Source: Syntrophothermus sp. DTU052 (GTDB lineage: Bacteria; Bacillota; Syntrophomonadia; Syntrophomonadales; DTU052). From it: 64,000 nucleotides of DNA. The notes beneath the pieces were generated by a model. That model searched no databases. It saw only the letters and a program-made list of their open reading frames with translations, and was not told the DNA's origin. The position numbers and the translations under genes are program-made. The stretch lies in the NCBI GenBank assembly GCA_001512495.1, contig LFRU01000057.1, forward strand, positions 32,917-96,916. The letters are read 5' to 3'. Every line of letters begins with the position of its first letter. Position 1 is the first letter of the stretch. Positions 35,440 to 43,971 of the stretch are shown here, piece after piece.

Positions 35440-36624
35440 TTGATTGGGTGCACCAAATTGCTTTGTGGAACCGCCACGGTCTCTGATGTGATCAAACACC
35501 AGGCGGGGGGAGCGGTGCCCGCTTCACTGCTGCAATTCAGCGAGATCAACCGGCCGCTGGTGGTATGGAACGCCACCAACCGCTGTAATCTTCGCTGCCA
35601 GCACTGCTATATTGAGGCTGAGGATGATTTCTACCGCCATGAACTAACTACGGAGGAGGCCAAGCGTTTTATTGAAGACCTGGCCCGGATGCAGGTTCCG
35701 GTGCTTCTGTTTTCCGGAGGTGAGCCGCTCCTGCGGCCTGATATTATGGAACTGGGAAGGCTGGCGCACCGCAGCGGCCTGAGACCGGTGCTCTCCACCA
35801 ACGGTACGCTGATAACTGCAGACGTGGCCAAGGAGATCAAGGAGGCGGGCTTTCAGTATGTTGGAATCAGTATTGACGGTTTACCCGCCACCCATGACCG
35901 GTTCCGCCGCAAAGAAGGGGCTTTTGAACAAGCCATTAAAGGTATTAGAGCCTGCAAAAATGAGAACATCAAGGCCGGGATCAGGTTTACGGTTAACCGG
36001 GCCAATCAAGCCGACCTCCCCGGCATCCTGGACATAGTGGAACAGGAGGGAATCCCCCGGTTCTGCATGTACCATCTGGTTTATGCCGGACGAGGCAGGG
36101 ACCTGATGAATATGGATACTGATAGACAGGAGAAGCTGCGGATCCTTGATCTTTTGATAGATAGAACACTTGACTTCCATCGGCGAGGAATTGAGGTGGA
36201 AATCCTAACCACTGATAATCATGCTGACGGCATATACATTTATAAACGGATCAAAAACCTGGCACCGGAGCGCTCCGATGAGGTGGTTAAACTGCTGCAG
36301 ATGCATGGTGGATGCTCAGCCGGGACGAAATTTGCCAACGTAGACCCGCGCGGCAATGTGCACCCGTGTCAGTTCTGGCAGGATTATAAGGTGGGCAATG
36401 TAAAAGAAACTCCTTTTAGCCAGATCTGGAACAGTGATGATCCCCTGATGGTTATGTTGCGGAACAAATCAGACCACCTAAAAGGGCGCTGCGGGAAATG
36501 CGCATTCAATTACTTGTGTGGAGGATGCCGGATTCGTGCCCGTGCAGCATACGGGGATGTTTGGGCAGAAGATCCGGCCTGTTACCTGAGTGACGATGAG
36601 ATTAGGGAAGGGATGGTGTCATAA
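35440..36624 (+). CDS. radical SAM/SPASM protein, NirJ-like (AhbC/AhbD-type alternative haem biosynthesis enzyme)
   Basis: NATNRCNLRCQHCY is the CxxxCxxC motif. The C-terminal Cys cluster is CGKCAFNYLCGGCRIRA...PACY. TTG 35440 follows AAGGGGGAGAG. Which of the two paralogs is AhbC and which AhbD is unresolved. Confidence 0.75.
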   Translation: MIGCTKLLCGTATVSDVIKHQAGGAVPASLLQFSEINRPLVVWNATNRCNLRCQHCYIEAEDDFYRHELTTEEAKRFIEDLARMQVPVLLFSGGEPLLRPDIMELGRLAHRSGLRPVLSTNGTLITADVAKEIKEAGFQYVGISIDGLPATHDRFRRKEGAFEQAIKGIRACKNENIKAGIRFTVNRANQADLPGILDIVEQEGIPRFCMYHLVYAGRGRDLMNMDTDRQEKLRILDLLIDRTLDFHRRGIEVEILTTDNHADGIYIYKRIKNLAPERSDEVVKLLQMHGGCSAGTKFANVDPRGNVHPCQFWQDYKVGNVKETPFSQIWNSDDPLMVMLRNKSDHLKGRCGKCAFNYLCGGCRIRARAAYGDVWAEDPACYLSDDEIREGMVS

Positions 36625-37595
36625 TGGGTTATCCAGTAATAAGAATGAGGCGGATGCGTGCCAGTGAAGGACTGCGCAGGATGGTACGGGAGACTCATGT
36701 TCTGCCTCAAGACCTTATTTACCCCCTCTTTATTGTGTCGGGATCAGGAGCGGAAGAACCGGTAGTATCGATGCCCGGGGTAACCCGTTATTCGCCCGAT
36801 CGTCTGCCACAGGTGGTACGAAAGATACACAATTTGGGAATAGCAGGCGTTATACTGTTTGGTATTCCGGAATATAAGGATCACCTGGGGTCTTCTGCCT
36901 TTGACGATAAGGGGCCGGTTCAGCAGGCGATTAAGACTATTAAAGACACCACTCCCGAACTGGTGGTCATAACCGACGTATGCATGTGTGAGTACACCAG
37001 CCATGGCCACTGCGGCTATTTGACCGATGACGGCCGGATCGATAATGACCGCAGCCTGGAAATGCTGGCACAGGAAGCATTATCCCATGTCAAAGCGGGA
37101 TGCGATATGGTAGCTCCTTCGGATATGATGGACGGCAGGATCGGCTATATCCGGAAGGCCCTTGACCAAGCGGGGTTTGACCACATACCCATCATGTCCT
37201 ATGCCGCCAAGTATGCGTCGGCGTTTTACGGACCGTTTCGCGAGGCAGCCGAATCGGCCCCCCAATCGGGTGATCGCAAATCATATCAGATGGATCCGCC
37301 TAATGTAAGAGAGGCCCTGCGGGAAGTGGAACTTGATATTGCCGAAGGCGCAGACCTGGTTATGGTTAAGCCGGCCATGGCTTATATGGACGTAATCCGG
37401 GCGGTTAGGGAGCGATTTGATGTACCCCTGGCCGCGTATAATGTAAGCGGTGAGTATTCTATGATTAAGGCGGCGGCCGAGCGGGGTTGGATTGACGAGG
37501 AGCGTATTGTCAAGGAGGTACTGACCGGGATTAAACGAGCCGGGGCTGATATCATCATTACCTACTTTGCCCTTGACTTCGCCGGCATCCTTTAG
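36624..37595 (+). CDS. hemB: porphobilinogen synthase (delta-aminolevulinate dehydratase), Zn-type
   Basis: RMRRMRASEGLRRMVRET...LIYPLFIV...DVCMCEYTSHGHCG (Cys-rich Zn site)...SYAAKYASAFYGPFREA...MVKPA. Confidence 0.95.
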   Translation: MGYPVIRMRRMRASEGLRRMVRETHVLPQDLIYPLFIVSGSGAEEPVVSMPGVTRYSPDRLPQVVRKIHNLGIAGVILFGIPEYKDHLGSSAFDDKGPVQQAIKTIKDTTPELVVITDVCMCEYTSHGHCGYLTDDGRIDNDRSLEMLAQEALSHVKAGCDMVAPSDMMDGRIGYIRKALDQAGFDHIPIMSYAAKYASAFYGPFREAAESAPQSGDRKSYQMDPPNVREALREVELDIAEGADLVMVKPAMAYMDVIRAVRERFDVPLAAYNVSGEYSMIKAAAERGWIDEERIVKEVLTGIKRAGADIIITYFALDFAGIL

Positions 37596-37671
37596 CGGCT
37601 TGAAGCTGAGTTATCCGCATCATTACCAACACCAGACGACGGATTATCGGATTTAGTTGGGGAGGACTGTT

Positions 37672-38667
37672 ATGCTGGTTTCGTGGAACACGACCAACCA
37701 ATGCAACATGTTTTGTGACCATTGTTACCGGGATGCAGGGGTCAAACTGGAGGAGGAGTTGACCACTACTCAGGGGAAAACCTTGATCGACCAGATCAAG
37801 GAGGCCGGCTTTCGAATGATGATCATGAGCGGAGGAGAACCCCTGATGCGCCCCGATATTTTTGAGCTGTGTGCTTATGCGGTTTCCCGGGGGCTGAGGA
37901 CGGTGATGGGTACCAATGGTACCTTGATTACTCCACGGGTAGCCGATGAGCTGCGGCAGAGCGGGCTGGCCGCCTGTGCCATCAGCCTGGACAGCATTGT
38001 AGCCTCTGAACATGACGCCTTTCGCAAGCTTGAGGGTGCCTACGATTTGGCTCTACAAGGTATGGCCAACCTGAAAAGAGCGGGAATACCGTTCCAGATT
38101 AATACCACGGTGATGGACTGGAATCTCAAGTATTTGGACGCCATAACCGACAAGGCCATTGATCTGGGAGCCAGAGCCCATCACCTATTCTTTCTGGTAC
38201 CCACCGGACGGGCGACCAGTATAGAACAGGAAGCCCTGCGGGTTAAGGAATACGAACGGACCCTGCATCGTATCATGGAAAAGCAGAAGCATGTTGCCAT
38301 TGAAATCAAGCCCACCTGTGCACCGCAGTTTGTCAGAGTAGCCGATGCCAAAGGTATACCTGTCCGATTTACCCGAGGCTGCCTGGCAGGCATTTCCTAC
38401 TGTATTATCAGCCCTACCGGGGATGTGCAGCCCTGCGCTTACCTGGACCTCCGCCTGGGCAATGTAAAGCATGAGTCATTCGCGGACATATGGCGGCAAA
38501 ACCCGGTATTTAAGGAACTCCGCTCCCAACAGTACGGCGGAAAATGCGGGTGTTGTGAATACACGGAACGCTGTGGGGGATGTAGGGCCCGAGCCTATTA
38601 TTACAGCGGCGGTGATTACATGGCTCAGGATGACTGGTGCCTCTACCAGCCGAGGGGGTTGGTCTGA
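37672..38667 (+). CDS. radical SAM/SPASM protein, NirJ-like (AhbC/AhbD-type), second paralog
   Basis: NTTNQCNMFCDHCY...MSGGEPLMRPD...CGCCEYTERCGGCRARAYY...WCLY. ATG 37672 follows GGGGAGGA. Confidence 0.75.
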   Translation: MLVSWNTTNQCNMFCDHCYRDAGVKLEEELTTTQGKTLIDQIKEAGFRMMIMSGGEPLMRPDIFELCAYAVSRGLRTVMGTNGTLITPRVADELRQSGLAACAISLDSIVASEHDAFRKLEGAYDLALQGMANLKRAGIPFQINTTVMDWNLKYLDAITDKAIDLGARAHHLFFLVPTGRATSIEQEALRVKEYERTLHRIMEKQKHVAIEIKPTCAPQFVRVADAKGIPVRFTRGCLAGISYCIISPTGDVQPCAYLDLRLGNVKHESFADIWRQNPVFKELRSQQYGGKCGCCEYTERCGGCRARAYYYSGGDYMAQDDWCLYQPRGLV

Positions 38668-38668
38668 C

Positions 38669-39124
38669 ATGGACCAGGTAGATATCAAGATACTGAACTA
38701 CCTGCAGGAAGGAATAACCTTAAGCCCTCGCCCGTTCCTGGATATGGCCCGGGAACTGGGGATTTCCGAGGAAACAATACTGGCCAGGATTGAAGCCTTG
38801 CGCGACCGGGGTCTTATCCGCCGCCTGGGCGGGGTATTTGATTCGCCCCGCATGGGGATGAAATCCACTCTCTGCGCCATGGAGGTCCCGGAAGCCAGGA
38901 TTCCGGAGGTGGCGCAGCAGGTTAATGCCTACCGTGAGGTAACTCACAACTACCTGCGCAATGACGTGTATAATATGTGGTTTACGGTGACGGCTTCCTC
39001 CGGGGAGGACCTGGAACGGATACTGCAGGAGATAGAGTCCTACACCGGAATCAAGGTTATCAGTATGCCGGTTCGGCAGAGATACAAGATCAAGGTGGCT
39101 TTTGCGTTAAATGACGAGACATGA
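38669..39124 (+). CDS. siroheme decarboxylase subunit (AhbA/AhbB, Lrp/AsnC-like NirD/H family)
   Basis: MDQVDIKILNYLQEGITLSPRPFLDMARELGISEETILARIEALRDRGLIRRLGGVF. The track N-terminal extension overlaps the preceding gene in another frame. Confidence 0.75.
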   Translation: MDQVDIKILNYLQEGITLSPRPFLDMARELGISEETILARIEALRDRGLIRRLGGVFDSPRMGMKSTLCAMEVPEARIPEVAQQVNAYREVTHNYLRNDVYNMWFTVTASSGEDLERILQEIESYTGIKVISMPVRQRYKIKVAFALNDET

Positions 39125-39578
39125 TATTATCGACCGAGTAATAAAAGAGCTGCAGGGTGACCTGCCCGCGGTTTACCGTCCCTACCAGGTGGTGGCGGAA
39201 AGGACCGGCCTTTCCGAAGAGGAGGTCATTTCTGTTTTGAACGGCCTCCGGGAAAAGGGCATGCTCAAACGCATAGGTGCGGTTCTCCGACACCAGAAGG
39301 TGGGTTATGATGCCAATGCCATGGTGGTGTGGAAGGTGGCGGAGGAAGATATGGACCGAGTCGGCAACCTTATGGCCGCCTGTCCTCTGGTAAGCCACTG
39401 CTACTGGCGGGAAACCCCGGCCGGATGGCCTTTTAATATCTTTACCATGGTACATGCCCGCAGTCACCAGGAGCTACAGGCGGTAATTCACGAGCTTTCC
39501 TGTAAGTCCGGAATCGGCGAATACAGGGTGATCGAAAGCGTCAGAGAGTTGAAAAAAACAAGTGTTCAGTACCGCTGA
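39111..39578 (+). CDS. siroheme decarboxylase subunit (AhbA/AhbB family), second paralog
   Basis: IIDRVIKELQGDLPAVYRPYQVVAERTGLSEEEVISVLNGLREKGMLKRIGAVLRH...NAMVVWKV. Confidence 0.75.
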   Translation: MTRHDIIDRVIKELQGDLPAVYRPYQVVAERTGLSEEEVISVLNGLREKGMLKRIGAVLRHQKVGYDANAMVVWKVAEEDMDRVGNLMAACPLVSHCYWRETPAGWPFNIFTMVHARSHQELQAVIHELSCKSGIGEYRVIESVRELKKTSVQYR

Positions 39579-39728
39579 CCCGTCGGTCCCAAGGCGGTGC
39601 AGCGGGAGGTTTTCCCGGTGACTACTGCCGTCAAAATACCCGGATCATGAGAACAAGGGCTTCCATGAGTGGTTTATAAGGTTTGGCATTATAGTCGACT
39701 GCTATCATGTGTTATAGGAGGTAGGAAC

Positions 39729-41015
39729 TTGAAGTTCGTAAGGTCAAGCAGTTTATTTAGCAAGGCCAGGACGGTTATCCCCGGGGGAGTTAACAGCCCC
39801 GTGAGAGCGTTTAAGTCAGTAGGTATGGAGCCGCTTTTTATCACCCGGGGGCAGGGAGCTCGTATCTTTGACGCCGACGGTAATGAGTTTATTGATTACG
39901 TTGGCTCCTGGGGGCCATTGATTCTGGGGCACAGCCATCCCCGGGTGGTGGAAGCCATTCAAACGGCGGCCGGAATGGGGACCAGTTATGGGGCCCCGCA
40001 TCAAGGTGAAGTGGAATTGGCGGAAATGATCTGCCAGGCCATACCATCAATGGATATGGTTCGGTTGGTTAATTCGGGTACCGAAGCCACCATGAGCGCC
40101 ATCAGGCTGGCCCGGGCGTTTACCCGCCGGGATAAGATTGTAAAGTTTGCCGGGTGTTACCACGGACATGCGGATTCATTCCTCATCCAAGCCGGTTCCG
40201 GACTGCTTACCGGTGGAGTTCCTACCAGTCCTGGTGTACCGGCGGATTTAATCGGCAATACCATCGTTTGTCGCTATAATGACCTGGATTCGGTGAGAAC
40301 GGTGTTTGAGCAGATGGGAACCGAGATTGCTGCCGTTATTCTCGAACCGATGGCAGGCAATATGGGGCTGGTACTGCCCGATATTGAGTTCCTTCATGGC
40401 CTCCGCGAACTGACTGCCGGTCATGAGGCCCTCTTGATATTTGATGAGGTAATAACGGGATTTCGAGTTACTTATGGAGGACTGCAGAATCTATTGGGGA
40501 TTGAACCTGATTTGACCTGCCTGGGCAAGATCATAGGTGGGGGCTTGCCGGTAGGTGCTTATGGAGGCCGGTGCGATATAATGAGAATGATGGCACCGGA
40601 AGGTCCGGTTTACCAGGCTGGCACGTTATCGGGAAACCCCCTGGCAGTAGCGGCGGGGATAGCTACCCTGAAGATCCTGGAAGCGGGGGAACTTTATGAT
40701 GATCTGGAGACCAAGACCTATGTCCTGGAAACCAGACTGCGGACGGTTTTTGAGGAGACCGGCTTGCCGGTGGCCATTAACCGGTACGGCTCGATGTTCA
40801 GCATCTTCTTTACCGAGGAAGATGTGACCGATTATGAAAGCGCTCTTAAAGCAGACACTAGGATGTACGCCCGTTTCTTTTCCGGTATGCTGGAGCGTGG
40901 TATATATTTGCCGCCTTCCCAGTTCGAAACCTGTTTTGTTTCCGCGGCCCACGATATTAAGGATATCGATCAGACCGCCGATGCGGTACGGCAGGTTATT
41001 GAAGCAATGGCGTAG
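39729..41015 (+). CDS. hemL: glutamate-1-semialdehyde 2,1-aminomutase
   Basis: [23 protein letters not shown]...[13 protein letters not shown]...FDEVITGFR...[19 protein letters not shown] 39729 follows ATAGGAGGTAGG. Confidence 0.95.
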   Translation: MKFVRSSSLFSKARTVIPGGVNSPVRAFKSVGMEPLFITRGQGARIFDADGNEFIDYVGSWGPLILGHSHPRVVEAIQTAAGMGTSYGAPHQGEVELAEMICQAIPSMDMVRLVNSGTEATMSAIRLARAFTRRDKIVKFAGCYHGHADSFLIQAGSGLLTGGVPTSPGVPADLIGNTIVCRYNDLDSVRTVFEQMGTEIAAVILEPMAGNMGLVLPDIEFLHGLRELTAGHEALLIFDEVITGFRVTYGGLQNLLGIEPDLTCLGKIIGGGLPVGAYGGRCDIMRMMAPEGPVYQAGTLSGNPLAVAAGIATLKILEAGELYDDLETKTYVLETRLRTVFEETGLPVAINRYGSMFSIFFTEEDVTDYESALKADTRMYARFFSGMLERGIYLPPSQFETCFVSAAHDIKDIDQTADAVRQVIEAMA

Positions 41016-41026
41016 GAGGGTATTTT

Positions 41027-41803
41027 GTGGAACATCGGGGTTGGGAGTGGTTTGTTAAAAAGTTTTTTCAAAAAAGCGGCATTGATCTGCAGTACTACAA
41101 AAGACCGCAAATGGAGCGCCGTATTAACAGTTTCATGAGGACGGCAGGGGTTGCCAATTATGCTGATTTGATCAAGTTGTGTGAAGACAACCCCGAGGTA
41201 CGCCGTCGCTTTATCGAGCATTTAACCATAAATGTATCGGAGTTTTTCCGCAATGCCAATCACTGGGAGGTATTGCGACAACAAATAATACCCGAACTAA
41301 TAAAGCGGAGATCCTCCCTAAAAATCTGGAGTGCCGGCTGTTCCACCGGTGAAGAGCCGTATTCTCTGGCCATTATGATGCAGGAGTATTTTCCCGGTTA
41401 CGTCCACCGCATATGGGCAACCGATCTGGATCAGGCGGTATTGAACAAGGCAAAGAACGGCATTTATAGCGAGAAGGCGGTACAGGGAATTCCGGCTCAC
41501 CTGATAAACAAGTATTTTTACCGTGATTCTGATTTTCAGGTAGTAGAAAGCATTAAACAGATGGTGAAATTTGAAAAACACGATCTTTTGGCTGACAGGT
41601 TCCCGGGTGATTTTGACCTGATTTTGTGCCGCAATGTTGCCATCTATTTTACCGAAGAGGCCAAGGAGAAACTTTATCGCAAGTTTGCACAGGCTCTGGC
41701 TGTAGACGGGGTTTTGTTTATAGGTAGTACGGAACAAATATTCCAGGCTCGTGAACTCAATCTTAAGTCTATTGCTACTTTCTTCTATCAAAAGACCGGT
41801 TAG
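41027..41803 (+). CDS. cheR: CheR-type protein-glutamate O-methyltransferase
   Basis: QYYKRPQMERRINSFM...TINVSEFFRN...LKIWSAGCSTGEEPYSLAIMM...DLILCRNVAIYF. Confidence 0.8.
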   Translation: MEHRGWEWFVKKFFQKSGIDLQYYKRPQMERRINSFMRTAGVANYADLIKLCEDNPEVRRRFIEHLTINVSEFFRNANHWEVLRQQIIPELIKRRSSLKIWSAGCSTGEEPYSLAIMMQEYFPGYVHRIWATDLDQAVLNKAKNGIYSEKAVQGIPAHLINKYFYRDSDFQVVESIKQMVKFEKHDLLADRFPGDFDLILCRNVAIYFTEEAKEKLYRKFAQALAVDGVLFIGSTEQIFQARELNLKSIATFFYQKTG

Positions 41804-42129
41804 CGGAGTAATCGGGCCGGCGACAAATCTGAAATTTTTGAAAAGAGCGAATTAAGCCTTCGGATTTGAAAAAAGAAGGAATAAGACCATTCTTATAGAA
41901 GATTTAATGTTGAATGCGCGCGTATGCCTGTACGCGAGATGACAAGAGTTTACGCGTTTTGGGTAATGCCTCAATTGCAATTCCTTGGTTAGGTTAGCTA
42001 AAATTGCCCAAGCCAGGACGATTTTCATATTTTTACTGGAGGTGGTATTAAGCAAACCGTTTTTCCGGATTTTGGGGTAAAGGGTATTTAGGTAACGTTG
42101 CGTAAAACCGAGAAAAGGAGGAAAGGACC

Positions 42130-42885
42130 TTGAAGATTGCTGTATGTGTAAAGCAGACATTTGACACAGAGGCTAAGATTGTTCTAAAAGACGGTAAGAT
42201 TTCAGGTGATGGTATTAACCTGATCATCAACCCGTATGACGAAGTCGCAGTTGAAGAAGCCCTACGGATTAAGGAAAAGCAAGGCGGGGAAGTGGTAGTA
42301 GTCTGTGCCGGCGGGGACAGGGCCACCGAAGCTATTCGCCAGGCATTGGCTATGGGAGCTGACAGAGGCGTCCTGATCAAGGTAAGCGATCCGGATGTTG
42401 ACGAATATGCCCGGGCGGTTATGCTTGCTGAAGTGTTAAAGGAGCAGGCACCGGATCTGATACTGTGCGGACACGTTGCGGCTGATGATGGTTCTTCTCA
42501 GGTTCCCACCAGAACTGCGGAAATTCTGGGATTGCCGCATGCCAATGTAGTAACAAAACTTGAGTTTGCTGATGGCAAAGCAGTCTGCACCCGTGAAGTA
42601 GACGGTGGGATGGAAGTAATGGAAGTGGCACTGCCGGCGGTTGTAACCTGTCAGGTAAGTTTGAATGAGCCCCGGTATCCTTCCATGAAGGGTATTATGC
42701 AGGCCAAGAAAAAGCCTATCGCTAATGTAGATGCACCTGCGGTTGAGTCCAAAGCCAAGATAATTGAACTGGCCCTCCCGGCAGCCAAACAGGCCGGCAA
42801 GAAGATTGAGGGTGAGCCTGAAGATACGGGTATGCAACTGGCTGCTTGGCTGTTGAATGAAGTAAAGGTTGAAGTTAAGCAGTAA
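42130..42885 (+). CDS. etfB: electron transfer flavoprotein beta subunit
   Basis: KIAVCVKQTFDTEAKI...INPYDEVAVEEALRIKE...DLILCGHVAADDGSSQVP. Confidence 0.9.
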   Translation: MKIAVCVKQTFDTEAKIVLKDGKISGDGINLIINPYDEVAVEEALRIKEKQGGEVVVVCAGGDRATEAIRQALAMGADRGVLIKVSDPDVDEYARAVMLAEVLKEQAPDLILCGHVAADDGSSQVPTRTAEILGLPHANVVTKLEFADGKAVCTREVDGGMEVMEVALPAVVTCQVSLNEPRYPSMKGIMQAKKKPIANVDAPAVESKAKIIELALPAAKQAGKKIEGEPEDTGMQLAAWLLNEVKVEVKQ

Positions 42886-42945
42886 TCGCCTTAACCATGT
42901 TTAATGAAACAATTCTCATTGATCATAAAAAAAGGAGGGTAACTG

Positions 42946-43902
42946 ATGGCAAAGGGAACATGGGTTGTCGTTGACCAAAGGGATGGTAAAATCCGTAAGG
43001 TTACGTTTGAACTCTTAAGTGCAGCTCAGAATTATGGTGAAGAGGTAACTGCTGTATTATTCGGTAAAGGTGTTGAAGGGCTGGCGGCGGAACTGGGCAA
43101 GTTCGGTGCCGACAAGGTCCTGGTAGCCGATGATGATGTGTTTGCCGTTTACAATACCGGAGCTTATGTAGCTCAGATGGCAGCTATGGTTAAGGAGTAT
43201 GACCCGGCGGTGGTGCTGTTTGGACATACCACTATGGGTAGAGATCTGGCGGCCAGACTGGCACAGAAGCTGGAAGTAGGAATGGCCACTGACTGTATAG
43301 CAGCTGAGATTTCGGGCGGCAAAGGCGTTTTCACCCGTGCTATTTACGCGGGTAAAGCCCTGGCCAAAGTGCAGGTAGAAGGAACACCGATTATGGCAAC
43401 CATCCGCGCCGGAGTTATGGAAGTAGTGGAGAGCAACAAAGCGGGTGAAGTGGTCAAGGCCGCAGTGGCTGCTACGGCTGACGATGTCTACCAGAATGTC
43501 AAGGAGTTCATTCCCACCGTTTCTTCGCGGCCTGAGTTGACTGAGGCTGAGGTTGTTATTTCTGGTGGTCGTGGACTGAAAGGCCCAGAAGGGGTCAAGG
43601 TCATTGAGGAACTGGCGGACCTCCTGGGTGCTGCCATCGGCGCTTCCCGGGCTTCTGTGGATTCCGGATGGCTGGGCCATGAGTATCAGGTAGGTCAAAC
43701 CGGAAAGGTTGTTAACCCGAATCTCTATATTGCAGCTGGAATTTCCGGTGCTATTCAGCATTTGGCGGGTATGTCCTCTTCCAAGTTTATCGCTGCCATC
43801 AACACTGATCCGGAAGCTCCGATCTTTAGCGTGACAGACTTTGGGGTAGTGGGGGACCTCTTCAAGGTAATTCCCGTAGTTACCGCTGAACTCAAGAAAT
43901 AG
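42946..43902 (+). CDS. etfA: electron transfer flavoprotein alpha subunit
   Basis: [14 protein letters not shown]...[10 protein letters not shown]...[29 protein letters not shown]...[13 protein letters not shown]. Confidence 0.9.
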   Translation: MAKGTWVVVDQRDGKIRKVTFELLSAAQNYGEEVTAVLFGKGVEGLAAELGKFGADKVLVADDDVFAVYNTGAYVAQMAAMVKEYDPAVVLFGHTTMGRDLAARLAQKLEVGMATDCIAAEISGGKGVFTRAIYAGKALAKVQVEGTPIMATIRAGVMEVVESNKAGEVVKAAVAATADDVYQNVKEFIPTVSSRPELTEAEVVISGGRGLKGPEGVKVIEELADLLGAAIGASRASVDSGWLGHEYQVGQTGKVVNPNLYIAAGISGAIQHLAGMSSSKFIAAINTDPEAPIFSVTDFGVVGDLFKVIPVVTAELKK

Positions 43903-43971
43903 TGAAAGCAGGGTGTCGGGCGCGTAAATACGACGCCCGATGCCCTACTTGATTTGAGGAGGAATTGTCTC

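Noticed and set aside
38471-38668. The long N-terminal extension of the first siroheme-decarboxylase subunit (track ORF start 38471), and similar extensions at 15967 (glpK), 22392 (ubiX), 39669 (hemL), 9870 (trpS) and 61897 (tmcAL).
   Set aside because: The extensions overlap the preceding gene or the leader, and they lack homology-like motifs. Internal starts with proper SD spacing reproduce the canonical family N-termini.
43903-43971. The hairpin TCGGGCG-N11-CGCCCGA between etfA and the membrane oxidoreductase gene, considered as a possible terminator.
   Set aside because: No U-tract follows it, and the downstream gene has its SD immediately after. It is more likely an intra-operon stabilising or processing stem, with too little evidence to call.
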